From a virus (Duplodnaviria > Caudoviricetes), in the IMG/VR virus record IMGVR_UViG_3300012178_000018, positions 1-26,279 of that record: 26,279 nucleotides of DNA; one strand, 5' to 3'. Position numbers and translations under genes: made by a program. This document shows, piece by piece, positions 1 through 9,800 of this stretch. Each line of letters begins with the position of its first letter. Position 1 is the stretch's first letter. The notes under the pieces were generated by a model. It searched no databases. It had not been told where the DNA came from and saw nothing but the letters and a program-made list of their open reading frames with translations.

Positions 1-85
1 GCAAAAAAAGCAGAATATTTTTCAGAATATGGACAATATATTAAATGAGTTAGATGCCATAGATGGTCTATTGAAGGGTTTATAA
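1..85 (+). CDS. 3' end of an upstream gene (partial, hypothetical)
   Basis: Frame 2 is open from the window edge (QKKQNIFQNMDNILNELDAIDGLLKGL) to TAA at 83-85; read by eye. Confidence 0.55.
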   Translation, partial: QKKQNIFQNMDNILNELDAIDGLLKGL

Positions 86-105
86 GAGTTTTTTTCGAAC
101 CATAG

Positions 106-114
106 GTATTTATA
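106..114 (+). promoter_or_regulatory. GTATTTATA motif, putative phage late promoter
   Basis: Exact copy of a 9-mer recurring in intergenic gaps; 29 nt before ATG 144. Confidence 0.6.
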
Positions 115-143
115 ATAAATAACTTTATTATAAATTAAGAAAT

Positions 144-341
144 ATGAAGTCAGTTCCACATATGATGAAAGAAGCATTAGACTATGAGAGTGATCATAAT
201 CCTATGGCAAATTTTCTTAGTACATACTATGGAGAATTACTAAGAAGAGCAAATATTCATAAACCACAAGTCGTCACAAATAAGGACGAAGGGTTTATTA
301 AACTGCATGAAAGATACGGAGATAGTTTAGATAAGAAGTAA
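144..341 (+). CDS. hypothetical protein (65 aa)
   Basis: ORF preceded by the motif and an A-rich leader and followed by a terminator; no family recognised. Confidence 0.7.
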   Translation: MKSVPHMMKEALDYESDHNPMANFLSTYYGELLRRANIHKPQVVTNKDEGFIKLHERYGDSLDKK

Positions 342-359
342 TTAAGTTTTATCGCTATC

Positions 360-390
360 AAAACCCATCATTATTGATGGGTTTTTTATT
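360..390 (+). terminator. Rho-independent terminator
   Basis: AAAACCCATCA (360-370), loop TTAT, TGATGGGTTTT (375-385), then a T-rich tail. Confidence 0.85.
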
Positions 391-396
391 TTATAT

Positions 397-405
397 GTAT
401 TTATA
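397..405 (+). promoter_or_regulatory. GTATTTATA motif, putative late promoter
   Basis: Directly after the terminator, 10 nt before ATG 416. Confidence 0.65.
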
Positions 406-415
406 GTAAAAAAAT

Positions 416-814
416 ATGGCATCAATAAATATAAAGTTTCCACTGGAAGATGATAATGCGAAAAAAGGACTTTTCTTACTGAATGAAGTAACTAAGGATG
501 CCCTCACATCCAATTTATTATTACTTCTTCTCACTAACAAAGGTGAACGCTATTATCAACCAGATTATGGAACAAACTTACTACAATATGTTTTTGAGCC
601 AAGAGATAATTTTACACTTGCTGATATACAAGAAGAAATTCGTTTAACAGTAAAGACATTCATACCACAACTTGATATTGACAATCTTCAGTTCTATACT
701 GATGTTGATGATCAAGGTGATCGACTACAAGAAAATCAGGTGGATATTGTAATTGACTTTACATTTTCGGAAGAAACTTTTTCAGAGCAAGGAACACTGA
801 GGATAACGCTATAA
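416..814 (+). CDS. baseplate wedge subunit, T4 gp25 / P2 gpW-like
   Basis: 132 aa with LLLTNKGERYYQPDYGTNLLQYVFEP, the T-x-x-G-E-R-x-x-x-P-x-[YF]-G signature of the gp25 family; lies upstream of a gp6-like gene. Confidence 0.9.
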   Translation: MASINIKFPLEDDNAKKGLFLLNEVTKDALTSNLLLLLLTNKGERYYQPDYGTNLLQYVFEPRDNFTLADIQEEIRLTVKTFIPQLDIDNLQFYTDVDDQGDRLQENQVDIVIDFTFSEETFSEQGTLRITL

Positions 815-815
815 A

Positions 816-863
816 ATGGAGCATTCAAGAGTATCATATAATAAAAGAACATTCAATGAGATT
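816..863 (+). repeat. 48-bp exact direct repeat, copy 1 (first 16 codons of the wedge gene; 16-aa mini-ORF ending TAA 864-866)
   Basis: ATGGAGCATTCAAGAGTATCATATAATAAAAGAACATTCAATGAGATT is identical to 2499-2546; flanking bases differ on both sides. Confidence 0.97.
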
Positions 864-2472
864 TAATACTGATATTTTTATTCAGAAATCTAAAAATATA
901 CACGGAAATAAATATGATTATACTGTTTCAAATTATGTGAATTCAAGAACCAATGTTGAAATTAAATGTATTAAACATGGAATATTTAATATATGTGCTA
1001 AAACGCATTATTATGGTGGAATAGGTTGTCCATATTGTAGTGGGCGTAAATTACATATTAATGATTTTATAAATAAAGCAAATAAAATACATTCAAATAA
1101 ATATAATTATGACTTAGTCAATTATAATAATACTAATGATAAAGTAGATATAATATGTCAAACGCACGGTAAATTTAATCAAAAAATAAATAATCATATT
1201 AATGGAAATGGTTGCCCCAGTTGCAGTAGTAATCAAAAATCTAACACAGTTGAATTTATAAATAAAGCAAAAATAATACATGGTAAGAAATATTTATATA
1301 ATAAAACTGATTATAAAAGTTCTAAAATTAAAGTAAATATTGTTTGTCCTAAACATGGTGAGTTCAACCAAACACCAACCTCACATTTAAATGGATGGGG
1401 TTGTAAGAAATGTGGAATAGAAAGAAGTGTTAATAAGCAGATTGGTAATGTTGAAAAATTACTTTCTAAATTCAATAAAATACATGAATACAAATATAAA
1501 TATGTAAAAAATACATATAAAGGTTATGACTATAATATGACTATTATCTGTCCTAAACATGGTGAGTTTAATCAAACCCCTAATAACCATTCCCAAGGAA
1601 AAGGATGTATAAAATGTAGTAATTCAATATCTAAAGGTGAAAAAGAAATTAAAAATTTTATAAAAAATGAATTAAATATTGACAATATATTAAGTAATTC
1701 AAGAAAGATAATAAAACCTTATGAACTGGACATTTATTTAAAAGATTATAATATTGCAATAGAATTTTGTGGTTTATATTGGCATTCTGAATTATTTAGA
1801 AATAAAAATTATCATTTAAACAAATTAAAAAAATGTGATGAATTAGGTATTAGATTAATTACAATATTTGAAGATGAGTGGAGTGAAAAAAAAGATGTTG
1901 TAAAATCAATTATAAAATCAATTTGTAATAAAGAAACAAATAAAATTGATAATATTGGAGATATTAACATTAGAGAGATACCAATTAATAAATATATTGA
2001 ATTTACTAATAAGTATGATTTATTTGAACATGTTCCATCATCAATAAAAGTTGGTTTATTCATACATAATGAACTATTTTCAATCATTGGCTTTAGTAAA
2101 AATAAAGACAGTTATATTATTACTAAATTCATATCTAAATATGATGATATTAATTGTTTAAAGAAGTTATTAAAATATTCAACTTATAGATTTAATATTA
2201 AAAATATTAATGTTTCTTTAGATTTAAGATTCTACAATATAAAAGATAATATTTTTACTTTAAATGGTTTTAAATTAAATGAAATAGTGAAACCTAATAA
2301 TTACTATGTAAAAAGTATGAAAAAACATATAAATAAAAATTATAATAAAAATTATTTAGTTAATATGTTAAAATCATATGATTCAAACATTAGTTTAGAT
2401 AATAATATGAGAATAAATAAATACATAAAATTGTATGATTGTGGTAGTGCCATATATAATAATACTTACTAG
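856..2472 (+). CDS. putative homing endonuclease: four zinc-ribbon-like repeats, a PD-(D/E)XK (Vsr/Hef-like) nuclease and a Hef-like C-terminal domain
   Basis: Four ~60-aa repeats of the form K..K.H..KY.Y....C..HG.F......H...G.GC..C; catalytic-type segment YELDIYLKDYNIAIEFCGLYWH; C-terminal LYDCG. Confidence 0.8.
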   Translation: MRFNTDIFIQKSKNIHGNKYDYTVSNYVNSRTNVEIKCIKHGIFNICAKTHYYGGIGCPYCSGRKLHINDFINKANKIHSNKYNYDLVNYNNTNDKVDIICQTHGKFNQKINNHINGNGCPSCSSNQKSNTVEFINKAKIIHGKKYLYNKTDYKSSKIKVNIVCPKHGEFNQTPTSHLNGWGCKKCGIERSVNKQIGNVEKLLSKFNKIHEYKYKYVKNTYKGYDYNMTIICPKHGEFNQTPNNHSQGKGCIKCSNSISKGEKEIKNFIKNELNIDNILSNSRKIIKPYELDIYLKDYNIAIEFCGLYWHSELFRNKNYHLNKLKKCDELGIRLITIFEDEWSEKKDVVKSIIKSICNKETNKIDNIGDINIREIPINKYIEFTNKYDLFEHVPSSIKVGLFIHNELFSIIGFSKNKDSYIITKFISKYDDINCLKKLLKYSTYRFNIKNINVSLDLRFYNIKDNIFTLNGFKLNEIVKPNNYYVKSMKKHINKNYNKNYLVNMLKSYDSNISLDNNMRINKYIKLYDCGSAIYNNTY

Positions 2473-2481
2473 GTATTTATA
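2473..2481 (+). promoter_or_regulatory. GTATTTATA motif, putative late promoter
   Basis: Immediately after the endonuclease TAG, 17 nt before ATG 2499. Confidence 0.65.
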
Positions 2482-2498
2482 TAAGTTAATAAAGAATT

Positions 2499-2546
2499 AT
2501 GGAGCATTCAAGAGTATCATATAATAAAAGAACATTCAATGAGATT
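2499..2546 (+). repeat. 48-bp exact direct repeat, copy 2
   Basis: Identical to 816-863; here it is the true start of the 617-aa gene. Confidence 0.97.
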
Positions 2547-4352
2547 AAGCAGGAACTAATATCATTAGTTCAACAGTATTATCCTGAAACATTAAAAGAT
2601 TTTACTGATTCTAGTGTTGGTTCAATGTTAATTGATTTAAATGCTGGTGTGGCTAATAACTTAAGCATAAATACGGATAGAGCATTTCAAGAAACACAAT
2701 TAGAATTTGCACAGCAAAGAGAATCGATATTAGCTATTGCAAAAAATCTTGGTTTTAATATACCTGCACTCAGACCTTCGGTAACGGTGGTTGATTTTTC
2801 TGTTTCGATACCAGTAAAAGGTGATCAGCCAGATGAATCATATTATCCTACTTTATTAGCTGGTGCTCAAGTGGTTGGTGGTGGTCAGATATTTGAGAGT
2901 ACGGAATCAATTGATTGGAATTCACCAGTATCAAATCTAGGTGACCCCAATAGATCGATAATACCTCAATTAAATTCTAATGGTATAATAAGTAAATATA
3001 CGGTTACTAAACGTGAGGTAGTAATTAATGGTACACGTAATATATATAGAAAAACAATACGAGATGGTGAGGTTCAACCGTTTTATAAATTAAGACTTCC
3101 TGATCCTGATGTAACTGCAATTGAAGACGTTATATTGGTAGTAGGAACAAACTTCAGTACTGATCCAACTGAGGCAGATTTTAATAATCCAGAGTTTAAA
3201 TATTATGAGGTTGACTATTTAGCACAACAAAGGGTATTTGTTGATGATCCGAATGGTGGTACTAATATTGCAACAACAGGCGAAACTGGTTTAAAAGCAG
3301 GACTATGGATTGATGTTAATCAGAAATTCATTAAGGAATACACCAATGATGGATTTTGTGAACTAACGTTCGGTGGTGGTGATGCCGAGACCGATGCATT
3401 TAAAGAAGGATTTTTAAAAGCTGGTGTTAGTAATAGAGCATTTTTAGATAATTATTTGGAGAACAGTGCTTTAGGTCAAAAACTAAGAAGAGAGAGTACA
3501 TTATTTGTGAGATATAGAACTGGTGGTGGTTCTCAATCAAATTTGGGTACTGGTACTTTAACTCAAACAGGTACATTTACATTAAATATTAGTGGATCGA
3601 GACAAGACTTTAATCAAGAAGTAAGAAGAAGTTTCAGTGTTAATAATCCAATTCCAGCTATTGGTGGTAATGATGGATTAAGTATTGAGCAAATAAGAAA
3701 TTTAATTAAATATAATTTTTCATCTCAATATAGAGCAGTAACAATTACTGATTATTTATTTCACGTATATTCAATAAGTGGTAGATATGGTTCACCATTC
3801 AGAGCAAATGCATTTAGAGAGAATAATAAAGTTGTTATTCCAATGCTTGGTTTAGATTCTACTGGAAAATTAAGTAATACTTCAAATAGCTTATTGAAAT
3901 CTAACATATCTGAATATCTATCTAATTTAAGAATGGTTAATGATTATGTTGAGATTAGAGATGGTCGTATATTTAATTTAGGATTTGACATCGAAGTATT
4001 TGTTACGAACCAAAACCAAAATCAGATTGCTAACTCAATCATTCAAGGTGTTGTTAGCTTTTTCGATATCAATGAGAAACAGATGAATCAAGATATTTTT
4101 ATCACTCCGTTAATTGAACAAATTAATAATGTACAAGGAGTAATAAATGTTTTAAGTATTTCTGTTTTTAATAAAGTTGGAGGTCAATATTCAGTAAATC
4201 CTGTTGAACAGGCATTAAGGAATTCTACCACTGGTGAAATACAACTTATTAATCAGACAATATATTCTACCGAAGATAGTATGTTTGAGATAAAATTTCC
4301 AGAAAGAGACATTAAAGTAATTATGAGAAAAAAAGCAAATCTAAGTAGATAA
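2499..4352 (+). CDS. baseplate wedge protein, T4 gp6 / baseplate J-like
   Basis: N-terminal RTFNEIKQELI...DFTDSSVGSMLID...QETQLEFAQQRESILAIAKNLGF; YRTGGGSQSN, GGNDGLSIEQIR and RAVTITDY segments typical of gp6. Confidence 0.9.
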   Translation: MEHSRVSYNKRTFNEIKQELISLVQQYYPETLKDFTDSSVGSMLIDLNAGVANNLSINTDRAFQETQLEFAQQRESILAIAKNLGFNIPALRPSVTVVDFSVSIPVKGDQPDESYYPTLLAGAQVVGGGQIFESTESIDWNSPVSNLGDPNRSIIPQLNSNGIISKYTVTKREVVINGTRNIYRKTIRDGEVQPFYKLRLPDPDVTAIEDVILVVGTNFSTDPTEADFNNPEFKYYEVDYLAQQRVFVDDPNGGTNIATTGETGLKAGLWIDVNQKFIKEYTNDGFCELTFGGGDAETDAFKEGFLKAGVSNRAFLDNYLENSALGQKLRRESTLFVRYRTGGGSQSNLGTGTLTQTGTFTLNISGSRQDFNQEVRRSFSVNNPIPAIGGNDGLSIEQIRNLIKYNFSSQYRAVTITDYLFHVYSISGRYGSPFRANAFRENNKVVIPMLGLDSTGKLSNTSNSLLKSNISEYLSNLRMVNDYVEIRDGRIFNLGFDIEVFVTNQNQNQIANSIIQGVVSFFDINEKQMNQDIFITPLIEQINNVQGVINVLSISVFNKVGGQYSVNPVEQALRNSTTGEIQLINQTIYSTEDSMFEIKFPERDIKVIMRKKANLSR

Positions 4353-4354
4353 TA

Positions 4355-4606
4355 ATGCAGCCTGAAATTATAAAAAAAACTATAACACTAGAAACAAAAA
4401 CCGAAGTAGTTTCTGAAAATGAAATACAAGTAATACCGAATACAGGTGTTACTTATAGTATGAAAGTTTCATTAACAAAAAGAGAATTTGATATTGGATT
4501 TTTAGATGCTGTCGATGGTGGTTTTTATGGATATGGTTATTATTCATACTACGGTAATTATGGTAATACTTTTTTAGATGCTATAGGTTTACAAAATTTA
4601 TTATAA
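4355..4606 (+). CDS. hypothetical protein with Gly/Tyr-rich C-terminal segment (83 aa)
   Basis: Tightly packed ORF in the baseplate operon; contains GGFYGYGYYSYYGNYGN. Confidence 0.7.
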   Translation: MQPEIIKKTITLETKTEVVSENEIQVIPNTGVTYSMKVSLTKREFDIGFLDAVDGGFYGYGYYSYYGNYGNTFLDAIGLQNLL

Positions 4607-5449
4607 ATGAAAATTATACAGTCTTTTGCAAAATTTGAAGAGGGTAATCCTTACATGAAAAATAAAAAACATGATCCTCTATTAAACTTTTATAGTTTTT
4701 TACTAAGTTATTTGACATTAAAAAAATATCATGGTTCTGTTACTATGTACACTAATCAATCAGCACATCGTTCGCTCATTAAGCATATACCTTATGATAA
4801 TATAGTGTTAATGGAGAACAAAAACAAATTTGATTTTTGGAATAAATATAAATTGGATGCGATGGAAAAAGTGAATGGTGATGTAATACATGTGGACTCC
4901 GATGTGTTTATTTTTAACGATAATTTTAGAGAATATATTGATAATCCAAAATACAGTATGATTGTCCAAGACATAATACCCGAAAATAAGAATTTTATAA
5001 GAAATTTTTATTATGATAATATTGATACACTAAAAGACTGTTTATCATTAAATAAAATAAAATATGATGGTCGCTGTTCTAGTTGTGGTGTGTTTGGAAT
5101 GAAAACAGAAATGAAAGAAAATTACATGGTGGCAGTTGATAAAGTTTATCATGCTATTAATAATGGAAAATTGAAAAATGTAATTTCACAAACAATGATA
5201 TTGGAAGAATTAACTGCACATTTATTGGCAATAAACAGTGGATATAAAATTTATGATGTAATACCATATAATTTAGTTCTTAAATATGGGTTAAATAGGG
5301 CTTCTGATATAAGTAAATATACTCATATGTGGTTTGATAGTAAATTTGATAGTAAAAATATTGGATTGCTGAAAAATAAAGTTAGAAAAGAGTTTCCAGA
5401 TAGCTATCATCTAATTGAGAAGTATGATAGAGATATAATGAGAAAATAA
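4607..5449 (+). CDS. DUF6734-like protein, putative GT-A-fold (DxD) glycosyl/nucleotidyl-sugar transferase
   Basis: MKIIQSF start, LSYLTLKKYH..VTMYT, FW..YKL..M and IHVDSDVFI (DxD after a hydrophobic strand), later ILEE and YTH; pattern recognised from Bacteroidota DUF6734-type proteins. Confidence 0.6.
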   Translation: MKIIQSFAKFEEGNPYMKNKKHDPLLNFYSFLLSYLTLKKYHGSVTMYTNQSAHRSLIKHIPYDNIVLMENKNKFDFWNKYKLDAMEKVNGDVIHVDSDVFIFNDNFREYIDNPKYSMIVQDIIPENKNFIRNFYYDNIDTLKDCLSLNKIKYDGRCSSCGVFGMKTEMKENYMVAVDKVYHAINNGKLKNVISQTMILEELTAHLLAINSGYKIYDVIPYNLVLKYGLNRASDISKYTHMWFDSKFDSKNIGLLKNKVRKEFPDSYHLIEKYDRDIMRK

Positions 5450-5451
5450 TT

Positions 5452-5901
5452 ATGGGATTAGTTAAAGGAAGCAGTAGTAGCAGATTAAACGAGTTGAGAA
5501 AGTACCGTATAGACGGTGATTTATCGGATAGATATTTTACTGGTGGCAATCTTAATAATGATGGTATTGATGTACCAACATCAACTGCTGATACAATAGT
5601 TAATTACTATATTGGTGGCATAAAATACACTGATTTATATTTGGAAGGTGGATATGATGAAACTGTATTTGAATTTACTGCTGAAGGTACTAGTTCATCT
5701 GATTTTATTAACCTACCACTAATAAAAGATTTTGGAAAGGGTAATGTTATTGGTAGACCAGAAGTAAAAAGAGATGTATTTATCATAAGACAATCCCTGA
5801 GTGTATTTGAAAGACAATATAGATTGAAAGTCATTACTAATTTAAGTGAGCTTAATTTCTATGCAGGTGGTGCTAACTTTAACATAATAGATAACATATA
5901 A
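5452..5901 (+). CDS. hypothetical, probable virion structural protein (149 aa)
   Basis: Operon context; TAATG overlap with the next gene. Confidence 0.7.
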   Translation: MGLVKGSSSSRLNELRKYRIDGDLSDRYFTGGNLNNDGIDVPTSTADTIVNYYIGGIKYTDLYLEGGYDETVFEFTAEGTSSSDFINLPLIKDFGKGNVIGRPEVKRDVFIIRQSLSVFERQYRLKVITNLSELNFYAGGANFNIIDNI

Positions 5902-6824
5902 TGTCAGTAGGAAGTTTTGGAAATATAAGACCAGCAGATGTATCAATAAATGATATTGAAGTATTTTACTCGTTCTCATCAACGAGAGCAAATAATAGTA
6001 ATGATTTTATTAGGGTTGATCCTAATGATTTACTCGAAGAAATTACATTACCATCAGATGATGAACTAGCTGCTAGTGGTCAAGAAAACCTACTAGAAGG
6101 ATTGTATAATTTAAATTTACCTGCAACCACTTTCAATCAATTAGGTATATATACAATATATTTAAGACCGAAGAAATTTAGATTACAGCTAAGTGATTGT
6201 GGTGTTCTATCTGCATTGCCAAATGTTAAAGGCTTGGTTATTGATTCTAATGTATTACCAAGCGAACTAGTTGCTAATAACGCATTGCAAGGGTATAGAG
6301 TGGAATATATTAATGATGATGGTACTAAGCTTCGAAATGTATCAAGATACGTTGTAACCTCTAATAAGGTTGTTCCTGTAACTGAGAATATTGGTAATAC
6401 ATCTCAATCATCTGTAAGATATAGATTTGATGATGCAGGTAGTCTTTTATTCTTACAAGTAACACCTTCCTCATCGTCTAATGTTAAGCCGAACGCAAAC
6501 CCGTTTATTGGTAATCCTGATCAAACAATATTGTTAAGTAGTACTGCTTTTAATCCAGTTACTGTTGAAGTAGAATTTGTGGAAAATGATATTGACACTA
6601 TTGTTGACTATGTAGGTGGTGAACAAATTAAAGATGTTGATAATGGTATACTAACATATTATACTCTAGATGCGAATGGTAATCGTCAAATCTTAAAGCA
6701 ATTCGATCTATATGAAATTAAAGATGATATAGGTAATGTTTCGTTATTTGAAGTTAAACAAGAAAGACCAACAATAGACACTTCTCAAGATTTTGGTGAT
6801 ATAACAGATAGTGTTGATGGATAA
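5901..6824 (+). CDS. hypothetical, probable baseplate/virion structural protein (307 aa)
   Basis: Acidic, Asn/Ser/Val-rich beta-type composition; baseplate operon context. Confidence 0.7.
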   Translation: MSVGSFGNIRPADVSINDIEVFYSFSSTRANNSNDFIRVDPNDLLEEITLPSDDELAASGQENLLEGLYNLNLPATTFNQLGIYTIYLRPKKFRLQLSDCGVLSALPNVKGLVIDSNVLPSELVANNALQGYRVEYINDDGTKLRNVSRYVVTSNKVVPVTENIGNTSQSSVRYRFDDAGSLLFLQVTPSSSSNVKPNANPFIGNPDQTILLSSTAFNPVTVEVEFVENDIDTIVDYVGGEQIKDVDNGILTYYTLDANGNRQILKQFDLYEIKDDIGNVSLFEVKQERPTIDTSQDFGDITDSVDG

Positions 6825-6837
6825 TCTTCACATAATA

Positions 6838-6846
6838 GTATTTATA
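6838..6846 (+). promoter_or_regulatory. GTATTTATA motif, putative late promoter
   Basis: 15 nt before GTG 6862. Confidence 0.65.
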
Positions 6847-6861
6847 AAAAACGAAAGATAA

Positions 6862-9800
6862 GTGAGTAGAGTAAAAATTATAAATGGTCGTCAAGACAGT
6901 GACTTAATTGGTGGAAATTTTACTAATTCGGCATCGCAAACTGTATTCAGGTTGGGTAGATTCTCCGTTGAAAGTAATTTCACTGGTAGAAGAGAGCGTG
7001 ACTACTCAAATGAATTAACATCGTTTGCTACACCTATTACATTAGAAAGTTTAAATCTTACGAACGAAGATTCTGAAATGTTATTAAATTTCACTAATAA
7101 TGTGAAACTTAATTTAGACTATTCAGATATTAAAGGTTTCGCTAGATTTGGTTCTGCTGGCGAAATCATGCGTGTTTCATTAAGAAATATAATTGACAAA
7201 TATCCAGCTAGTTTATATGTTAGTAATCAAATTGACGTTGGTGGTAATGTGACTGCAATAGATTATAATTTCGATCCGATAGACAATTCATCGACATTTA
7301 GAATACCAACGTCATACGTTAACAATTCATTTGATATTGTATTTGATAAAGGTAATATTAGTGTTCCTAATGATAATGAATTAAGAAATCTTAATTTATC
7401 ATCCAACAGATACATAATATGGAGAAAATCAGCCAATAATGATTTTAGTCATGAAGTGGTCGGTTTTACAGGTGATAGTCAATCAAACCCATATATAAAA
7501 ATAAAAGTTACTGGTAATGTTTTCGATGGGCTTAGTGGTAGTACTGTTGTTACAAATTCTTTTCATTTAAGACCTAAAATTGTTGAGTATAATAAGTTTC
7601 TTTCTAAATTATCTGATTTTGAAAAATACATTATTGACAATAGAAAAGCAGATAGTAGTGGTTTTGATTTTATTATAAAAAACCCTAGTATAGGTGAAAC
7701 AGGTGAAATTAATTATGACGATGAATTATTCACTTGGACTACATTTGATGGATATAACCCAGATATTGGAACAGGTTTATTTAATATATTTAGTGATGCA
7801 TTAATAGCATTAGGTGAGAAATATGATGAAGTTAAAAGTGATTTAGTTGCAAGACTACTTACACCATCTTCATTAAAACTATATGATACCACCCAAGACG
7901 GTAGAATGACAAAACTTTTAAGAGTTTATGGTCGTGAATTTGATGAAATTAAAACATTTATTGATTCATTAGTTAATATCAATAAAACATCATATGATAA
8001 AATAGATAACATTCCAGATAGGCTAGTGAAAAACTTAGCTGAAACAATGGGATGGGATGTATTTTCAATTACTGAAGAGTCTGATATTGTTAATGCTTTC
8101 TTCTCAACAGAAATCATACAGAGCCATGATAATTTACTTCCTGCCGAGATCGATATTGAACTATGGAGAAGAATATTAATTAATACTAATTACTATTGGA
8201 AGTCAAAAGGTACTCGAAATGCGATTAAATCAATATTTAGACTTATTGGTATTCCAGAACCGTTCGTAAATATTACTGAGTATGTTTATACTGTAGACGG
8301 TAAAATTAACCCCGATAATGTTACATTAGAACTAGAAGATTTACCTAGTGCTTCATTACCATATAATAGTCAAGGATTTCCAATTGCTCCTGCTGAAAAT
8401 AATAACTTTTATTTTCAATTATCTGGTAATACTGATGGTGGTCAAGCATATATTAATTTATATAGAAATCTTGGTTTTAATGTTAATAGAGTTGTTGATA
8501 ATAAAAAGTCATGGGTAGAAGATGGTAGAGTTGATAGAGTACATTACTCATCACCCAACTATTATCAAGTTGATAGTAAATTAATTATTAATACAAAAGA
8601 AGTTGATGCAACATTAGATGCATCACGTGGTATTGAATACGATGTATTTTGCTATAACCAAGAAGTTGATGATCCGATTACATCAAGTGCGATCACTAGA
8701 CCATATATTTATGTAAACGTAGAGCTTGATATTGATGATCCATTTACGTTTCAGTTGCCAGATATACCGTTAAGTGGTAGTGCAGTATTAATGAGTTTTA
8801 ATGGTATAACATTAGCACCACCTACGGGTGTTACTGGTGGTCAAGATTATGACTATGAATATGTAATCAATGTTGATAATAAAATTACTGCCGTTAAAAT
8901 AAACCCTAATATACCTGCAAGTGCAAGTACTAGTGGTAAAGATGTAATTAGTGTATCATATATTAGTGACGAGTTTTATAGTAATTTTAATGGTGGTACT
9001 GTTACTGGGTATACATCAGTTAACTATGTAATAGATAGACCTCAAGTAAATGTAGATGGTTCAATATTAACATTTCCGAGTGGTGTGAATGCCAAGGGTG
9101 ATATTCAGTTAATTGTTGATGGTAAAACCATGACTAAGGGAACGAGTTTATTCACAGGTGATTATATATTAGACAATAGCGGTGCTGAAACAAAAGTTAT
9201 TGTTCAAAATACTGATTTAAAAATGTACCTTGCCAACGGTGGTGTGGTAAGAACAACATATATTACTGATGATGGTGAAACCAATGCAACAAAAAAATCG
9301 GAAGCCCATAGAGTTGATTCACTAAATAGTAATAAAATATTCTTTAATGGTGGTATTAACAGATATGTATATATAATGAACTATGCTGCATTTGATGTGA
9401 ATGCAATTAAAATAACTGTTAATGGTATAACATTAACAAATGGAAAGGATTTTAATTTAAATCCTGCGAATAAAAGACAAATTTATTTACCAGCAGGTGT
9501 TAAATTAGGTGATATCATCAGTGCTTACTATATTATTGATGATGGCAGTATTGCACCTCCATTATTGCCTTCAGATGATACATTCCCAGATATTCAAGAT
9601 ATGAGTTTCTTAGAATATTTAGAGTTAATCCAAAGAAGACTAATAAATGCACGTACAAGAAAAACGGTAAGTGATAATAAAGGTGGTTTTTATCCAACAG
9701 TTGTATCAATATATGATAATTATATTAGAAGAAGCTTTCTATCTGATAATGACCCATTACAAAGTAATGGATATACAATTAAAAATTTATATCCGTTTCT

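Larger units (their letters stand above)
816..2546 (+). mobile_element. free-standing homing-endonuclease-like cassette bounded by 48-bp direct repeats
   Basis: Endonuclease ORF plus a 26-nt spacer with its own GTATTTATA, between two identical copies of the wedge 5' end; visibly more AT-rich than its neighbours. Confidence 0.75.

Noticed and set aside
864-2546. Endonuclease insertion as a group I intron or intein in the wedge gene
   Set aside because: The ORF fills nearly the whole insert, leaving only 26 nt, so there is no room for a ribozyme core. It is out of frame with the stub and has its own stop, and the downstream gene is complete without splicing.
816-2546. 48-bp repeats (or the 448-aa paralogues) as DGR template/variable repeats
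   Set aside because: The 48-bp copies are identical, with no adenine-specific differences; the paralogues differ throughout; no reverse transcriptase is in the window.
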